Shown here piece after piece: positions 19,101 to 31,218 of a stretch of DNA of 64,000 nucleotides. Both the position numbers and the translations under genes were made by a program. Every line of letters begins with the position of its first letter. Within the stretch, counting starts at the first letter, position 1. The notes beneath the pieces were generated by a model. That model ran no database searches, was not told where the DNA came from, and saw nothing but the letters and a program-made list of their open reading frames with translations. Source of the DNA: Cyanidioschyzon merolae. Taxonomy: Eukaryota. Location: the NCBI GenBank assembly GCA_000091205.1, contig AP006497.2; one strand, given 5' to 3'.

Positions 19101-21330
19101 AGCACTCGGTCAGGCCGGGTGCCTGAATCAACAAATAGGCAATCGTTTCCGCAAGGGAAGCGACACGTGCAGTACGAAGACTTGTCTGCGGACACTGCGC
19201 AATCGTCGTATGTATTCGTTGCACGAGCGCTCGACATCGTCCAAGCGCTCCGTGATCATCGGATTCAACCGCTTGTTCCACGAGTTGCTCAAGCGCCTTG
19301 CATTCCTGTTCTAGGAGCGCCCCCGAGTATACACTTGAATGGTCCTCATCGTTCCCAGCTACGAGCATGTCCTTTGCGATCGGTGTTCTGCGGGATCCCG
19401 CGGCTGCGTCAGCCAGCACGATGCCTTCTCCATCCGATGCCTTGCGAAGCATTCGCTCAGGGCCCGCCCCAGCCGTTGACGCTATCCGTTCGTGAGCGTC
19501 ATGCGCTGCTGCTGCTCCTGCTGCTGCTGCTGCTGATACCGGAGCGTCCATCTTGCCAGGGCGTTTCGGCGGCACTGCAAAGGAGTCCTCGATGATACTA
19601 CTGGAGAGGTAAGATGCAGCATTCGGTTTTCGCCCGGGCTGCGCGCTAGACACTTGTTGTGCAGGAGATGCAGGTTTGGCACGCAGCTCTTTGCTTTCAT
19701 CTGCCACAATTTTCTGAATCTTGTCCAACTTGCTCTTCTCGAGACCTTCGATAAGCGACGAAACGGCGTTCGTGCCACATTGAACTTGCAATAGTGCGAC
19801 GCACTCGAGAGCTGCCTCCCGTACATCTGCAGCGGCATCAGCCGTGGTCTGCGCAAGCATCAGTTTGAGCTCGCGCAGCGCCGGACGCAAGTCTTGGGCG
19901 CTACATTGGCGAATGAGTCGGGAACACCATTGCAGTGCGATGGTGCGGCTCCCAGGCACTTTTGCAGTTGCAGCTTCTATGATTGCTGGAGTCACTTCGG
20001 AAAACTCAACAGCTCTGCTTGCTGCCAGAGCATCCAAAGCCGCGCGCAACGCCTCTACCAGAATGCGATTCTTCTCCTTGAGGCGACTCAGGGCTACGAT
20101 AGCGAGCATTTTGCCGTATGCACGGAAGTTCTTGTCCGACTTGGTCGCCAACTGAGCGATGACGCGTGCGGCCGCTGTTGCTACCGCAACATTCGCGTCT
20201 TTTCCGATCAGTCTCTGAATCTCTGCGGCTAACTGGCTTCCTCGAGTGGTGTCAATATGCGAGGCTGCCTGCAGCTTCTCCAAAAAGTTATCCAAAGCAC
20301 TCTTACGTACACTCCATTTTTGATGACCTAAAGCCTGAAAAAAGTCCAGTGTCTGTTGTGACTTACCTTCATCCTCTGCATCCACCCGAACCTGTACCGC
20401 GTCTACGAGGCTACCGATGCATACACCCGGATCAGCGTCCGCCCTACAGGCCAGAGAAGGGTCCCTTTCGGGTATCGCCTTGGTCGAAGCGCGAGGTGCA
20501 CCTGCGCTCTCCTCCCGCGGTTGCTGTGACCTGACTCTTTGCGTTCGTTCCAGGCGACGCGTTAGACGCGGCGGCTTTCGCTTCTGGCCTGGAACATGGG
20601 TGGCGTGCTCCGCTAGGTTCCGACAGGCCTCGGTGAGCTCCGCCTTCATGACTGGTTTGATGTCCACTTGCTTTAAGATGCGCTCTAGGAAGGATTGTCC
20701 CAGCCATGAGTAGATTTCAAGAAGCAGTGCTTTGCCGGCTGATCGAACTTCCTGATTGGAATGGTCGAGGAGCTTGTCGAGCCCTTTGCTTGCTGCGTTC
20801 GCAGAAATCGCAGCTTCGCCGTTGCTACCACAACCGAACTCCCTGATGCATGTCCGCAGGATATCAGCTGCTGCAGATACCACTTTTGGTAACCGGTTTT
20901 CATAGCCCACGTCGCAAAGAACGGTGACTAGGTCATCACCGGCATCGCAGGAAACGAGCCCCAAAGCAGCGTCAAGGGCTCTTGCTCGGTTCTGGGGCCG
21001 CCCCGCAAGGCACTTTTCGGCTATGCCTCGAGCAATAGCCGCAGCGGCACCGGTTTTCCGCAGTACCGCACTAGCAGTCGCGTCATCCGCACAAGCATCA
21101 CATAGTGCAACCACAGCATCAAGTGCAGCGAGTTGCACTGCTGCATTCGCATCCCGAACTGCCCCTGCAAGCAGGTTCGCATCAGAGGCACTCGGCGCCG
21201 TGCTACCGTTGGCAATCGCCTCTCGTACCTTTCGCAAGGCTGCCTCGCGAACACGCCAAAGTTTATGGCAAACCTGTTCAGGAATCGGGAGTTTCTTTGC
21301 TTCCTCTATCAGCTGATCTTCGTCAGTCAT
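16177..21330 (-). CDS. CKAP5: XMAP215/Dis1/ch-TOG family microtubule polymerase (TOG-domain protein)
   Basis: A 1717-aa uninterrupted ORF. N-terminus MTDEDQLIEEAKKLPIPEQVCHKLWRVREAAL matches the XMAP215 N-terminus (KLPIDQKCEHKVWKAR). HEAT/TOG-like helical repeats run throughout and there are poly-A/Q/S low-complexity linkers. The maximal ORF starts 8 codons upstream at 21354. Confidence 0.8.
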   Translation of the reverse strand: MTDEDQLIEEAKKLPIPEQVCHKLWRVREAALRKVREAIANGSTAPSASDANLLAGAVRDANAAVQLAALDAVVALCDACADDATASAVLRKTGAAAAIARGIAEKCLAGRPQNRARALDAALGLVSCDAGDDLVTVLCDVGYENRLPKVVSAAADILRTCIREFGCGSNGEAAISANAASKGLDKLLDHSNQEVRSAGKALLLEIYSWLGQSFLERILKQVDIKPVMKAELTEACRNLAEHATHVPGQKRKPPRLTRRLERTQRVRSQQPREESAGAPRASTKAIPERDPSLACRADADPGVCIGSLVDAVQVRVDAEDEGKSQQTLDFFQALGHQKWSVRKSALDNFLEKLQAASHIDTTRGSQLAAEIQRLIGKDANVAVATAAARVIAQLATKSDKNFRAYGKMLAIVALSRLKEKNRILVEALRAALDALAASRAVEFSEVTPAIIEAATAKVPGSRTIALQWCSRLIRQCSAQDLRPALRELKLMLAQTTADAAADVREAALECVALLQVQCGTNAVSSLIEGLEKSKLDKIQKIVADESKELRAKPASPAQQVSSAQPGRKPNAASYLSSSIIEDSFAVPPKRPGKMDAPVSAAAAAGAAAAHDAHERIASTAGAGPERMLRKASDGEGIVLADAAAGSRRTPIAKDMLVAGNDEDHSSVYSGALLEQECKALEQLVEQAVESDDHGALGRCRALVQRIHTTIAQCPQTSLRTARVASLAETIAYLLIQAPGLTECSQLLLELASLGTPALVFACFERVCRDIPDLRARILALEFIQYQLVERFGMDSLPMGAVLDMTRPLLPEQPPACADVVLRVIASLVRSKYGTEMQRGLVELGIPAAYRAQLEHLDQENAAPSVVNCNGPMSGDVEKSGAGSEQNPLKSVRGSRYTNCTMSSMPTNCGSTAWSSPAERHSGTTRTLVLDRIQPVLRNLESANWKLRQEALQDLLRKLAEPDLVVDIRTISPELLKALASRIADTNRNLGVCALNVLTHLGEATVESMKTQRLPGADDSILRLFLGSVIQHGVNDNKRMVREAALQCMSAWYPAVERDNTDSRPSFARYIAAALSLELPAARLETLQWLCERWSRGAEQRTPSEAEARLVLEPVLLCFRDKNGHVRQLAERLVEVIVRLIGYAPIAAQIRDISNEQVRKDVLTRTEKFRSMSPARSNRSIVSSPQASPGGASAPQTPASDVSERRLHAEQADTLNAGDGSPLGAVPVSRDAFQLDADMQHSDTQFAAMLARAKADTAVVVGTGTAALDSQVPTGRRPVQPPIDGLSEPRALSAVPSLQLPPERAIRLDETANRHTSFEPPIAPTPCLPEGRFWRRTAVPAAGAGVTATAVAASGAAASGAAAAADSAEQQVRRLSHTLLGESASAEERIQAAKELSAMMKAGQERSLQHHAADLCLGLTQGIRSVLAAAAEASPVDAAGMRIVKYLLNALMHLIMKRELACLLSLAALELLITEVCDRLLDHRVPAYPEGPQLLRAYNLLMLKTLEHAPVLVLSRALVRALRAAVRSVQTVPVSQAPTSSKETTPSRIVMLQKCLHRLCNQVLTSGPNTEKTVTGATSPLLETHLDLLLYELHVLFTMCATLPADRVQQTCDEARLLVRALCHHCGIDTVRSHLRLVPVAVQPFLVRLVDALARQDTDWERIPLIAPATPLEALPSSGTAAPRSEASPPPPTSAPTLQTQQIRERLARLRAHRQRNA

Positions 21331-23043
21331 GACGACGAGACCCAGCTGCAGCAACAGCAGTAACTACAAAAGCTTGACGGCAGCGTTGCGCTTCGCGTGA
21401 TCAGCAACGAAGTCGCCACGGCAGAAAAATTCAAAATGGCGAGCGGGCTTTGGGCCGCCCTTTCATGAAGGCGCGCAGTGGCAGCAGCGAGGATGGCCCG
21501 CTGATGCTGTGGTCATATATGGATATAATGTACTAATTAGTACAGACTGCATCGGGTATCCCTAGACCCCCTGCTACGCAATCACGCAAATGCTTTGATC
21601 GCTTCGCAGTCCGGAAAAGTCAGGGCGCCACGTATACATCCATGTCTCGCGAATGATGCTCCTGGACAATTGATGAACGATAATGGTGTTTCAGCATTCG
21701 ATTCTACCGAATTTATGATCCAGATACGTTGATTCCATACGAGGGAAAAGCTGCTATCATGACTAAGCGCTGAGAGCTACGAGCGCGCTTTCTTGCCAAA
21801 AAGTTCCGTTTCATGTTCAGGCTGCATTCTTCAGCTCGGATTCCTGATGACGCAGGTATCCGTTCGATGGTAATGCCGTATGGTATCCCGTAAATGGCCT
21901 TTCTGGTCTGGGCCTCATGCGCAGGGCTCGGTACCCACCGATGATCGAGTCGCAGGTCACCCGATCCATTTTCTCGATAGCGGAAGGAGGAAGTGTTCGC
22001 GGCCTATATGCACGTACATCGACAGCGATGCCGCTGCTTCTTGAGCAGTTTCCTCTTGTATGGAGCATTTTAGCGCTTGTGTGTATGGACCGGAGCTCTC
22101 GAAAGTACGGAAATACTTCCCGAAAATTTGCGGCTTGTGGAACACATCCGGCTCGTGCACCATCGTTGACGTGCCCTGGTGCCGTAAGCGAGGCTTTAGT
22201 GCCGGTCCGGTGCGTTTCCGGGACCCTCCACGACAACGGAACTGTTCCCGTATATGTCCGTAAAACGCCATAGCCGTGAATGGAAGTGCTGTCTCTGACG
22301 TCTTTTATCTAGGTCTGCGGCGTACCGATGACGATCTTGACAGAATCCACAGGGATGAACGGTGCATCGTCGACACGGATTCTAGTTTGGTGCACGTGCA
22401 TGAGCAGGAACTAGGGATCGATGCACCGCATGATGCTCCAATTGGAAATGTTGTGTCCGACACTCCCTATGCATGCGTTTGAATGTGTCCAAATTCTAGA
22501 CGCTTATTGTCGATGACGATCACGTATCCATGGAAACCCGCCTAGATGCGCCTACCTTGCAGCATGAAATGCCCCGGCAACATTTTGCCTCGGTGCAATC
22601 CTAAAACCCATGCAGTTTTTTGGTCCTGACCCTGAAGCAAAGAACCTGCTCGGTAACGCTCCTGCAATAGACACATCTGACACGTTCCTCGCGTTTGCGC
22701 CATACGGAAATCCATCGATGCCAACTGAGACGCGATCCCCAGCTTCATCTATATCCATCCTTGGCAAAGTGCTGATCGGCTCCATAAATACTCGCACCGC
22801 GTCGAAAACTGCACCTGCCTGCTTAACGTCTCTATTTGTGGTCAGCTACTGTCATCCGTCTGCAGGAGCTTGCAGCGATGAACCGCACGGAAACGCAGCA
22901 GAGGCCGGTACGACCCGCCGCACGCGTCCAGGACGAACTGCACCAGCCGCATCGCGCGCTACGCGCCGTCGGTCTGCTGAAACTGCTCGTGCCGTGCAGC
23001 TTCTACACAGTCACGGGTTTGGTGTGCACTACGGCCTCCAGGT
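21331..23043. promoter_or_regulatory. Divergent intergenic region between the TOG protein gene and the proteasome alpha-3 gene, 1.7 kb, with an AT-rich core
   Basis: It sits between two start codons on opposite strands. A lower-GC stretch lies at about 21480-21800. Confidence 0.35.
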
Positions 23044-23862
23044 ATGGCCGGTGTTGGATCAGGTTATGATCTCACGACGACAACGTTTTCACCAGAGGGT
23101 CGCGTTTATCAAGTGGAGTATGCGACCAAGGCTGTTGAACAAAGTGGCACGGTGATCGGCATTCGCTGCGTGGACGGTGTGGTGCTCGCTGTCGAGAATC
23201 TGCGCGGTGTCAAACTATTACGTCCAGACTCGCTCCGCCGAATTTTCGCAGTGGATCGTCATATTGGCATAGCAGTTGCGGGTATCGGCCCTGATGGCCG
23301 GCACATGGTCGGCCGAGCGCGCAGCGAAGCACAGAACTACCGTTCCGTTTATGCGGAGGAAATTCCCCCGAGCCTGCTCGCAGAGCGTTTAGCGAGCTAT
23401 GCGCACGTGTACTCACTTTATTGGCACGTGCGGCCTTTTGGTTGCACCATCCTCATAGGCGGTTGGGATGCTTCTCAAGGACCCTGTCTATACGTTGTCG
23501 AGCCTGACGGTAGCGGATACAAATACCGGGCATATGCAAACGGCAAGGGTCGCACCGCAGTGCGCACAGCGCTGAATAAACTCAACTTTGAGCAGCTCAC
23601 TTGCACCTCAGCAGTTCAAGAGATAGCGCGTATGATTCATCAGTCTCGGGATATCGCTAAAGATAAACCGTACGAGCTAGAGATGGCTTGGATCAGCGAG
23701 GCCAGCGATCACAAGTTCGCTCGCGTCCCAGGGGCACTTGTCGTCAGTTCTCGACAAGCGGTTGAGGAGGAGCCTCAACAGATGGAGACCGGTGGAAGCA
23801 CTGCCTCGGCGGATAGAGGTGAAACCCCGTCAACATCAACACACATCATGGAAGAGAGCTAA
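23044..23862 (+). CDS. PSMA3: 20S proteasome subunit alpha type-3
   Basis: 272 aa. MAGVGSGYDLTTTTFSPEGRVYQVEYATKAVE is the alpha-subunit signature. The full length is colinear with human PSMA3 (GIRCVDGVVLAVE, RPFGC, acidic C-terminal tail). Confidence 0.92.
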   Translation: MAGVGSGYDLTTTTFSPEGRVYQVEYATKAVEQSGTVIGIRCVDGVVLAVENLRGVKLLRPDSLRRIFAVDRHIGIAVAGIGPDGRHMVGRARSEAQNYRSVYAEEIPPSLLAERLASYAHVYSLYWHVRPFGCTILIGGWDASQGPCLYVVEPDGSGYKYRAYANGKGRTAVRTALNKLNFEQLTCTSAVQEIARMIHQSRDIAKDKPYELEMAWISEASDHKFARVPGALVVSSRQAVEEEPQQMETGGSTASADRGETPSTSTHIMEES

Positions 23863-26533
23863 ATGAATGTCGGTGTGATGCTGGTACTCGGTTTTGCTGA
23901 TGGCAGCAACGCCCTGGTGTTCGTATTCACCAGCTTGGTTCTTGGAGAGTGTCTCTGCGCTGTATCGAATGCTCTTCGGTTTTAGACTGGGCCGGGTGAC
24001 GCATTTTCAGCGTAAGCGCATGAAATGCTCGAAAATGTAGCTGTTGCCTTGTTTCTGCGTGACATGCTTCTCGAATTCCTGCACGGAGACTACTCTGTCC
24101 GTGACCATATTGACAGCGTTTCCTCGCTAGGATACTGTCAGGCACCAATTCGAGCGAAACAGTGCACGTCGAGAACCTCTGGCATCTCGGTTGTCCCTGG
24201 GGATTCCAGTGAGGATCGTTGCTTCCATGGAGAGGTCGTGTGGGTACATCAAGAAAATTCTTCCTATCAAGATGCCAGTTGCGTACTAGCTGGAGTTCAT
24301 GAAATTTAGTTCTTGAAAAAGGGCAACAACGTGCATGAAATGCGTTACCTACACGTCATTCGTTGCCCATGGCTTATTGTTGTCCATGCCCTGCTGCATG
24401 CGGGCACCGGAAGCGCTCTAGATCGGTTATCGGGGAGAACACGTCCTGGATCAGGGAGTGCTCCTCTGTGGATACGCGTCTCGCGCACTGGGCGGTAATC
24501 GCTTTCACCGGCATGCCATTTTTATGATCCCTCAATGGGTACCATGCGTGATGGCAAATTTTGCATGCCTGGAGCCCCGGTACATCCATCCGTTCTTTTC
24601 ACACGAGTTTCGCATCCGTGTCTTTGCCAGACAAAACACATGGCACATGGAACTCTTGACGCAATGTGGTTCTCTCTACCAAAACAGTCAGCTGGTATCC
24701 ATTGGCTGCGTGGATATCCCCGACCGACGAGCATACGTGCGCACCAGCGTCCGCTTCACGTGACGTGCACGCTGTCGAGGCCACTGCACGCCGCCTATTC
24801 TATGGCGTTGTTTTAGATGCTTTCTGCGTATTACAGGCAAATGCGCTTCAAGCAAATTGCGTTTAGATGAATTCTTGAGCAGCTCTGACAGTCTTCCGTT
24901 TCCGATGTATGCTAAAAAACGTGTCCAACTCGTGCCATACTTCAGAGTTGAAACACCATGGCTCAGGAGGCTCCGCAGCTGCCGTTTTCGTGTAGAGCCT
25001 CGTTCCAGAAAGGCCGTGCGCATGCATTATGGAGGCTTCACACCCGGCTGTTTCGTAGCAGCGTCGCTCACACAGAGCGCCTCGAACCGCCCTGCCTCGA
25101 CCCTATCCGCTGTGACACGGCTGACGCAGCCGTTCGCTCGCCGTCAAGCCGCGCTTCCTGTCACGAGTTTCGCATCCAGTCACCGCTTCTGCAACATGCG
25201 TGCGTCCGTTTGAAATGAAGTGAGTCTAAGGAAAGAACGTACGGAAAAATCTGTAGCGACAAGCCCTAGACATACTCTAACAGCTTGATCCATAAGTCGC
25301 GCGTGTTGCGAAACGTGCAGATAGCAACTCGGTAAATGCGTGTGCACGCACGCATCCGGTTCATCGCATCTGTGCTGAACTGACACAGCCGATTCCTTTA
25401 TATACTGATTTATGCAGGAAATAACTACTGCGCGCGTGGCCTAACACGCTGCGCCTCACGGCATGACACCGATGGGGGCGGTTGGGCCCGATGGAGAAGG
25501 CGTTGGACTTCGGCTTCAGTTTGGAATCCATCCAAAGATTGGGGGTTCAAGTCCCCCCGCGCGTGTTGTTTTGTACCGGATTCCACGGAGGTGATGGAAC
25601 GAGACGCACTGTCTGGACAACACTTATGCGGTGCTCAACACAACGGCTGAGTGATTCCCAGCACGAACGCGTACAGGTACCGCTGGTTGTGACCGAACGC
25701 TGTAGACTCGGGATCCGGGTTGTCCGTTGAACTGCCGGGATGCGCCTCGCGACAACGAGTCCCAAGTTTGGAAAACGTCCACGAATATCACTCGCTGTCG
25801 ATAGCGGCTTGCGAGTCGCTTCCGCTTGCCGAAGAAAGTACCGACACTGCACCAGTGACTTTCGCACCAGACTAGAGGTGCTCCAAAGGCGCTGCAGCCT
25901 AGTTTATGAGATGGTTATCCCTAGAAAATTGGGCAGAACCTGGAATCTCCCTGGACGTCACGGCGTTTGAGCATCGCATGCAGCTGATCACGTTTCACCG
26001 AGGCGTAACTGAGCGTACGCTCGAACTGGGAAACCAAAACGAAACGACGACTAAACTCGGATACGAAACGTTTTGGCAAAAGCGTGCCAGGCAAGCCGCC
26101 TCTCTATCCTACGAAACCAAACGCACACGACTGCTATTCTCGGACTCGGAATTTTTTCAGAAACGCGTACCGGACGATTACCCGCGTGCTCCGGGTCCAG
26201 GAAAAGTCACACACTCGTTGTTTCCGCGTTGCAGATTCCGCATCGATAGTCTCACCAGGGCACGGTTCCCTTCCGATGGGTATCGAAGCGATCATTCTTT
26301 GTGATCTGCGGTACGCTTACAAAGTCCGTGAATGCGCGGAGGAAGCACGTACAGCTTCTCGAGTTGATCAGCGGACGGCAGCGCCACACGCAAGCACATA
26401 CACACCGAGAGAGACACCATGGCGACAGCGTTCGCCATTTCGTCGTACCGTGCCACCACGTCGTCCAGTCGGACACGAGTCATTCATGTCCAGCGCATGT
26501 ATGCCGAGTCGATATCGAAGTATTTTCATCGCT

Positions 26534-28945
26534 TTAAGAAAGATGCACGTTTGCCTTAGTATCAATAGCCATGGCATCTGGTTCCGTTTCACCGTCTTCA
26601 TCAAGGTGAAATTCGAGCAGAATGTCGTCGGTTTGTGCCAACAGCTCATCCGTGACACGTAGATGGTCACGAGGTTGCTCCTCGGTGTGCGCTGCTGGTG
26701 ACTCTGACGCCATCGAATCTGGCTCGGGGATGATGATCCCCGTCGGCTGAACACGCGCGCGTTTTTCACGCTCTGCGGCTAGCAACTGCTCCAGACGAAT
26801 GACTACAAAATTCGGTACCTTCATGGCGGCTCCGACGTCGTTGGCTTGGCGCCAGTTCGAAATCGCAGCGATGTCGTCCTTCAGGCGTGCAACCAAAACA
26901 ACGAGGCGTTCGCGCAGGAATCTCGATTTGCTGGAACGCAGTAAGCGAATGAGCTGCTTCTGGATTGGGAAGGCCAACTCGGGAAACGCCGATTCTCGTA
27001 CGTAGAGCGTCAACCAATTCAAGAGCGAGTAGACAACTTCGTCTACAACAGCTTCACCGAAATTGCTGCTTTGAAGCACCGCATCCTGGATGCGAAGCAG
27101 ACGAGGCCAGTCGATGACGGGCACCTCGCGCCGGGCTGCGCCCTTTGTCGTTCGATCACATTCAACTTGGCCGAGCATTTCGAGCAAGGACGCGCAGAGT
27201 GGGACATAGCTATGCACCTCTCCAGCGAGACGAAGAAGCGCACGTATGCAGGCAAAGCGTGCCCCGAATAGGCGCGCGCTCCGCAGGCCGTCAATCAGAA
27301 TGAGCACGATTTGCAGGTACGGGAAGCGAAGCGATGCCAGTTGCTCGTGAACGGCAAGAACATGGGACCACCATTCAACAGCATGGATGAAGGACCAGTT
27401 CAGAATGGCCTCGCAATCGCAACCTCGACCAGATGACAGTGCTTTGCGCACCTGGAAACCCAGTTCCTGAACTTCACCGAATGCAACGCGGTAGGATGCA
27501 TCACCGGACTCGGCGAAAAGCTCCCGTGCGCTTTGTAGGCAGAAATCCATCGACGCTGCTGTTCGCGGATTCCGGCTCTTAAATGTTTGCGTGAACGTCC
27601 GATAGCATTCCCGCAGTACGACCTGTGCGATACACGGTTGAAGGTTGCCGAGCAAGGCGCGTAGCGTCGCATGCACCTGCGAGCGAATCATGATGAGCTC
27701 CTCAGGGCGAGCCCAGATGATAGTGAGATCGCGGATCAGGGTCTTGCTCCACTTGGGCAAGAGTGGTAGAAAATGTGCAAGCTTTTCAATTCGACGAATC
27801 AAGTAGCACTTGGTCAGTGGATCCCGAACCAGCGCGAACAAGGAAGAAAAGCACATTCCATATGAGAGCATGAGCCGCCGGTATCGCTGCCACTCTGGAT
27901 CGTTGGGATCCAGGTCACGCAGTTTGGCTCCCAGGTGGCGCTGCAGCACAGCGGGCACTGCTACAATAGCGAAGAGCATGACACGATGTCTTGCATCAGC
28001 ATCAGCAAACGATCCGATCCGCGCCTGGTCGCTGTTCCCAGCTGGTACATCCCGTTCACGCACCAGGTGAGAGAGCACGCTGACCAGCCTTCGCAAGGCG
28101 GCCATGCGTTTCGACGGGCGCATAAGTTCGCGGCGTATGCGCTGTATCCAGGATACGTCGAGGCGCAATCGTTTGGCGTCATGTCGCGTGGGACGTGTCG
28201 CAGACTGCTCTAGAGCATCGAGGCGATGCGCTTCGTATGTGTCGCTTGTGGCATGATCTGCAGGTCCCGATGCCGAGCTGGACGCGTCTGACGCTGCGCT
28301 CGCCTGGTCGGATTCGGCACTGCTGCTAGCGTTCCCATCGGCCACGGTTGCCTTGCTTGCCTCACTTTCGCCGAACCGCAACAGCGCATCGTCATGTGAT
28401 CGCAAATAGGCATAGAATTCAGGGTCCTGCTTCTGAAGGTTGACCAGCTCTTGCTGATGTGCCGCGACTGGATCCAAGTCCACGAGACTGGTTTCAGTCT
28501 CGTAGTCTTCAGAGAGTCCCGAAGTGCCCGAGGCATTTCTGGAGTTGTTGTTGCGTTGGCGAGCTGCCGGCGCTTCTAGAGCTCTTGTTGCACCAGCGAA
28601 GGCGCCACCATCGGCCGCAAGTCGGCGTCGTTTGTGGCCTGTGTGGTCTCGTTTTAACTCGCGCTTGCGTCGAGCGTCCAACGAGCCTTTTTGCGGTGCA
28701 TCCGAGGACAGCGTACGCTTGGAGGCTGAGTGGCGACGCTTCGGTTCCTGCCACGCCACACGTCCAGAGCGTTTATAGAGTTCTTGAGGAGGATGCTTCG
28801 ATCCCATCGGCGAGCTTTCTCCTTCAAGTTTTAGAAGTGCAAGACAAAAATCTTGTTTGTGACGTCGTTTGATCCAACCTAGTGCACGGCGGGAGAAACA
28901 ATATTCCCTGTCACCCGAGCGGAGCTCCGCAGAAAACTGACTCAC
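26534..28945 (-). CDS. NOC2: Nucleolar complex protein 2 (Noc2 family ribosome biogenesis factor)
   Basis: LVNLQKQDPEFYAYLRSHDDALLRFGESEA matches the NOC2L block [21 protein letters not shown]. An acidic Ser-rich stretch is followed by a long helical repeat domain. The true start may be an internal Met, for example at 28810. Confidence 0.75.
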   Translation of the reverse strand: MSQFSAELRSGDREYCFSRRALGWIKRRHKQDFCLALLKLEGESSPMGSKHPPQELYKRSGRVAWQEPKRRHSASKRTLSSDAPQKGSLDARRKRELKRDHTGHKRRRLAADGGAFAGATRALEAPAARQRNNNSRNASGTSGLSEDYETETSLVDLDPVAAHQQELVNLQKQDPEFYAYLRSHDDALLRFGESEASKATVADGNASSSAESDQASAASDASSSASGPADHATSDTYEAHRLDALEQSATRPTRHDAKRLRLDVSWIQRIRRELMRPSKRMAALRRLVSVLSHLVRERDVPAGNSDQARIGSFADADARHRVMLFAIVAVPAVLQRHLGAKLRDLDPNDPEWQRYRRLMLSYGMCFSSLFALVRDPLTKCYLIRRIEKLAHFLPLLPKWSKTLIRDLTIIWARPEELIMIRSQVHATLRALLGNLQPCIAQVVLRECYRTFTQTFKSRNPRTAASMDFCLQSARELFAESGDASYRVAFGEVQELGFQVRKALSSGRGCDCEAILNWSFIHAVEWWSHVLAVHEQLASLRFPYLQIVLILIDGLRSARLFGARFACIRALLRLAGEVHSYVPLCASLLEMLGQVECDRTTKGAARREVPVIDWPRLLRIQDAVLQSSNFGEAVVDEVVYSLLNWLTLYVRESAFPELAFPIQKQLIRLLRSSKSRFLRERLVVLVARLKDDIAAISNWRQANDVGAAMKVPNFVVIRLEQLLAAEREKRARVQPTGIIIPEPDSMASESPAAHTEEQPRDHLRVTDELLAQTDDILLEFHLDEDGETEPDAMAIDTKANVHLS

Positions 28946-31218
28946 TTTGATCTGAGGCTAACAACGGTGCCTTGCCTACAGGTATAATCCGTGACCTGCG
29001 AGGTTCTCGCGAGAGCCTGATCGCGCCTGGTGACTCGATTCTCTTCGGGCCCTGGTGAGGCCGCCTCACAGACTCGCCGCGCTCACTGCTCCGGAGTGAT
29101 CAACGACGATGCGGTAAGACTCTTATGCGACTTCTTCAAACCGTACAGCACTCAATCCCTCTGAAAAATTATCGCACCAGAGCTGCAGCCCGTAGGAAAG
29201 CAACGTGGCGAGCACCGACCCTAAACGGCCAGGTCTAGCGAAAACACCGTGGTTTGCGGCGCTATGGCTTGGGCGCTTCCGCGTTCGGGTTTAGGCATTT
29301 CGCCGTTGTCGCTTCTGCGGAAGCGCTTTTGCCAAGCACCAATTGTTCCCGGGGAAACGCGCTAAGCGTTGCACTTGCCACGCCAGCTTCACTCGGGCGA
29401 GTACCTGGAATCGGAACACCAGTCACGTTGAGCACGGTCACAAACGAATACTGCAGGTAAAGACTTTGGGTTCTTTGCACAAGATTGCGTTGCTTGGGTC
29501 AGTCATGCGTCGCTGACGCCGTTCCTCCATAGACGCAGCAGTCGAGGCGTTTAGCCCAGTGCAGAGCAGCTCCCCAACGATCGAGAAACAAAACCTCTGT
29601 ACTTCTTCGCAGAAGAAGAAAAGCGCGCAATGTCCCGTTTCTGCTGTCGAAGGCGAGAGCTCGCACGCTCATATTGGGTTGCCCCGGCGAGCGTTCACGT
29701 GCTGCCATTAAGCGCTGGATGACCACACGGGGGTTCGTGCGTCGACGTACGGTTACGTCACAGGGCGAACATCCGTAGACGTCGTCTCTGATCCTTAGCA
29801 GAGCGGCTGGTATTTTAGAACTCGTTCACCACGATTGACATCTAGTAAGGATTCAACGGCTCACGTGTGTGGCTGGGATGCGTCCTGCGTGCTTCGGGCT
29901 AGCGCGAAGCCTACCATCCGCCTCAGCGTTTTGGAATCGCCGCTTGCTGCGACCTGTTTCCGAACGAATGAATCCGCGGCGACGTATCGCGACCGGGGTG
30001 TTTTCAGGTTACCAACGAGGAGCCGCAAGTAGCCAAAGATGGTATCATAGAGTGCGCTTCGGATGCCTGTGTATCGTCGAGCGCATCGGCGAACTGGCAC
30101 CGTTCTGCATTCAGGCTAATGCCGAGCTGCACATTCTCCGAGACCTTCAGGTCTACGTACCACGAGGTCTTGCGAACCACCAGGAATCCTCTTTCTCATC
30201 AGATGAACTCAACATGGACTTTGGCTTTAGCGATCGATCCATCTTATCCGGCGATGGCTCTTCGGCGAGCGGCACTGAGGTCCTCTCTTCGCGTGGTGTC
30301 AAGACGAAGAGTCCAACAAGCTGGCCAGGGGTTTCGGGACGATCCATGGCCCTTCATCTTAAGAGCGACTCGTCAGCGGCATTGCCATTCGAAAAGGGAG
30401 CGTGCGCTTTTGCCGAATGCTTGCGTACCTCTATCGAAGGTCTGTGTGCATGTGACGCAACCTCGCGGATCCGCCACAGCGCCACGACCCGATGCACTCA
30501 TGGAGTGATTTCTACTCGTACTTCCAGGCAAAAGTGCGGACAGGAACCCATGCGTCCCATTTTCTTGGCGATCATCCCATTCGGTGACCGTTACCACTCG
30601 GCTGAGAAAACCGGATGCGAGCACCAAAACCGCCTCCTATCGAGTGCATGAACAGATGTAAATGTGCGGATGACGTAGACCCCGCCCAAACAACCCATAC
30701 CATCGACAAGAGAACAGATATGAGGATGGTGAAACGCCCTATTCTGTGGAGAAGAACGGTGGTGGTCGCTTCCCTGGTTTCCGCGAGCGGTCGTGTCTCC
30801 GGGGGCATCCGCTGAGACGCGACAATCCTCCACTACGGAAAACAAAGCATTGGTGCCCCGGTGAATCGCGTGCGCCACAGCGCGCGTCATGAGCCGGTTC
30901 GATGTGCACACAGATCCCAAGTCTCCTTTTGATCCAATTTTACCCAGCAGGAGCGGTGGGTACTGCACCTCCCTATGCACATGGGTCCAGTTTCGTCATG
31001 CACTTTCAGGGCGGATAAGCAAAGCTCGCTTCCGTAGTCGCTCTGCGTTTGCTACGCTTCAGGTACAAGTAGCGTGCAAGCTGTCTGATCCCGTCATGTT
31101 TCTGGTGACAAAAAATTATCTAGCAGTACGCTTGTCGATCCGTGCAGAGGGAAACGCAGCGTTCACTCGAACGGTTTCGCAGAGAGGCAGGCTTCGAAGC
31201 GAACGTAACCGCTGGAGT

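Noticed and set aside
25541-25565. tRNA-like T-arm GGGGGTTCAAGTCCCCC followed by a possible acceptor 3' strand CGCGCGT in the PSMA3/NOC2 convergent intergenic region
   Set aside because: I could not find a complementary 5' acceptor strand (ACGCGCG or a wobble variant), a D-arm, or an anticodon arm with U33 in the upstream 100 nt on either strand. It is probably a chance GC-palindrome or a tRNA-derived fragment and not an intact tRNA gene.
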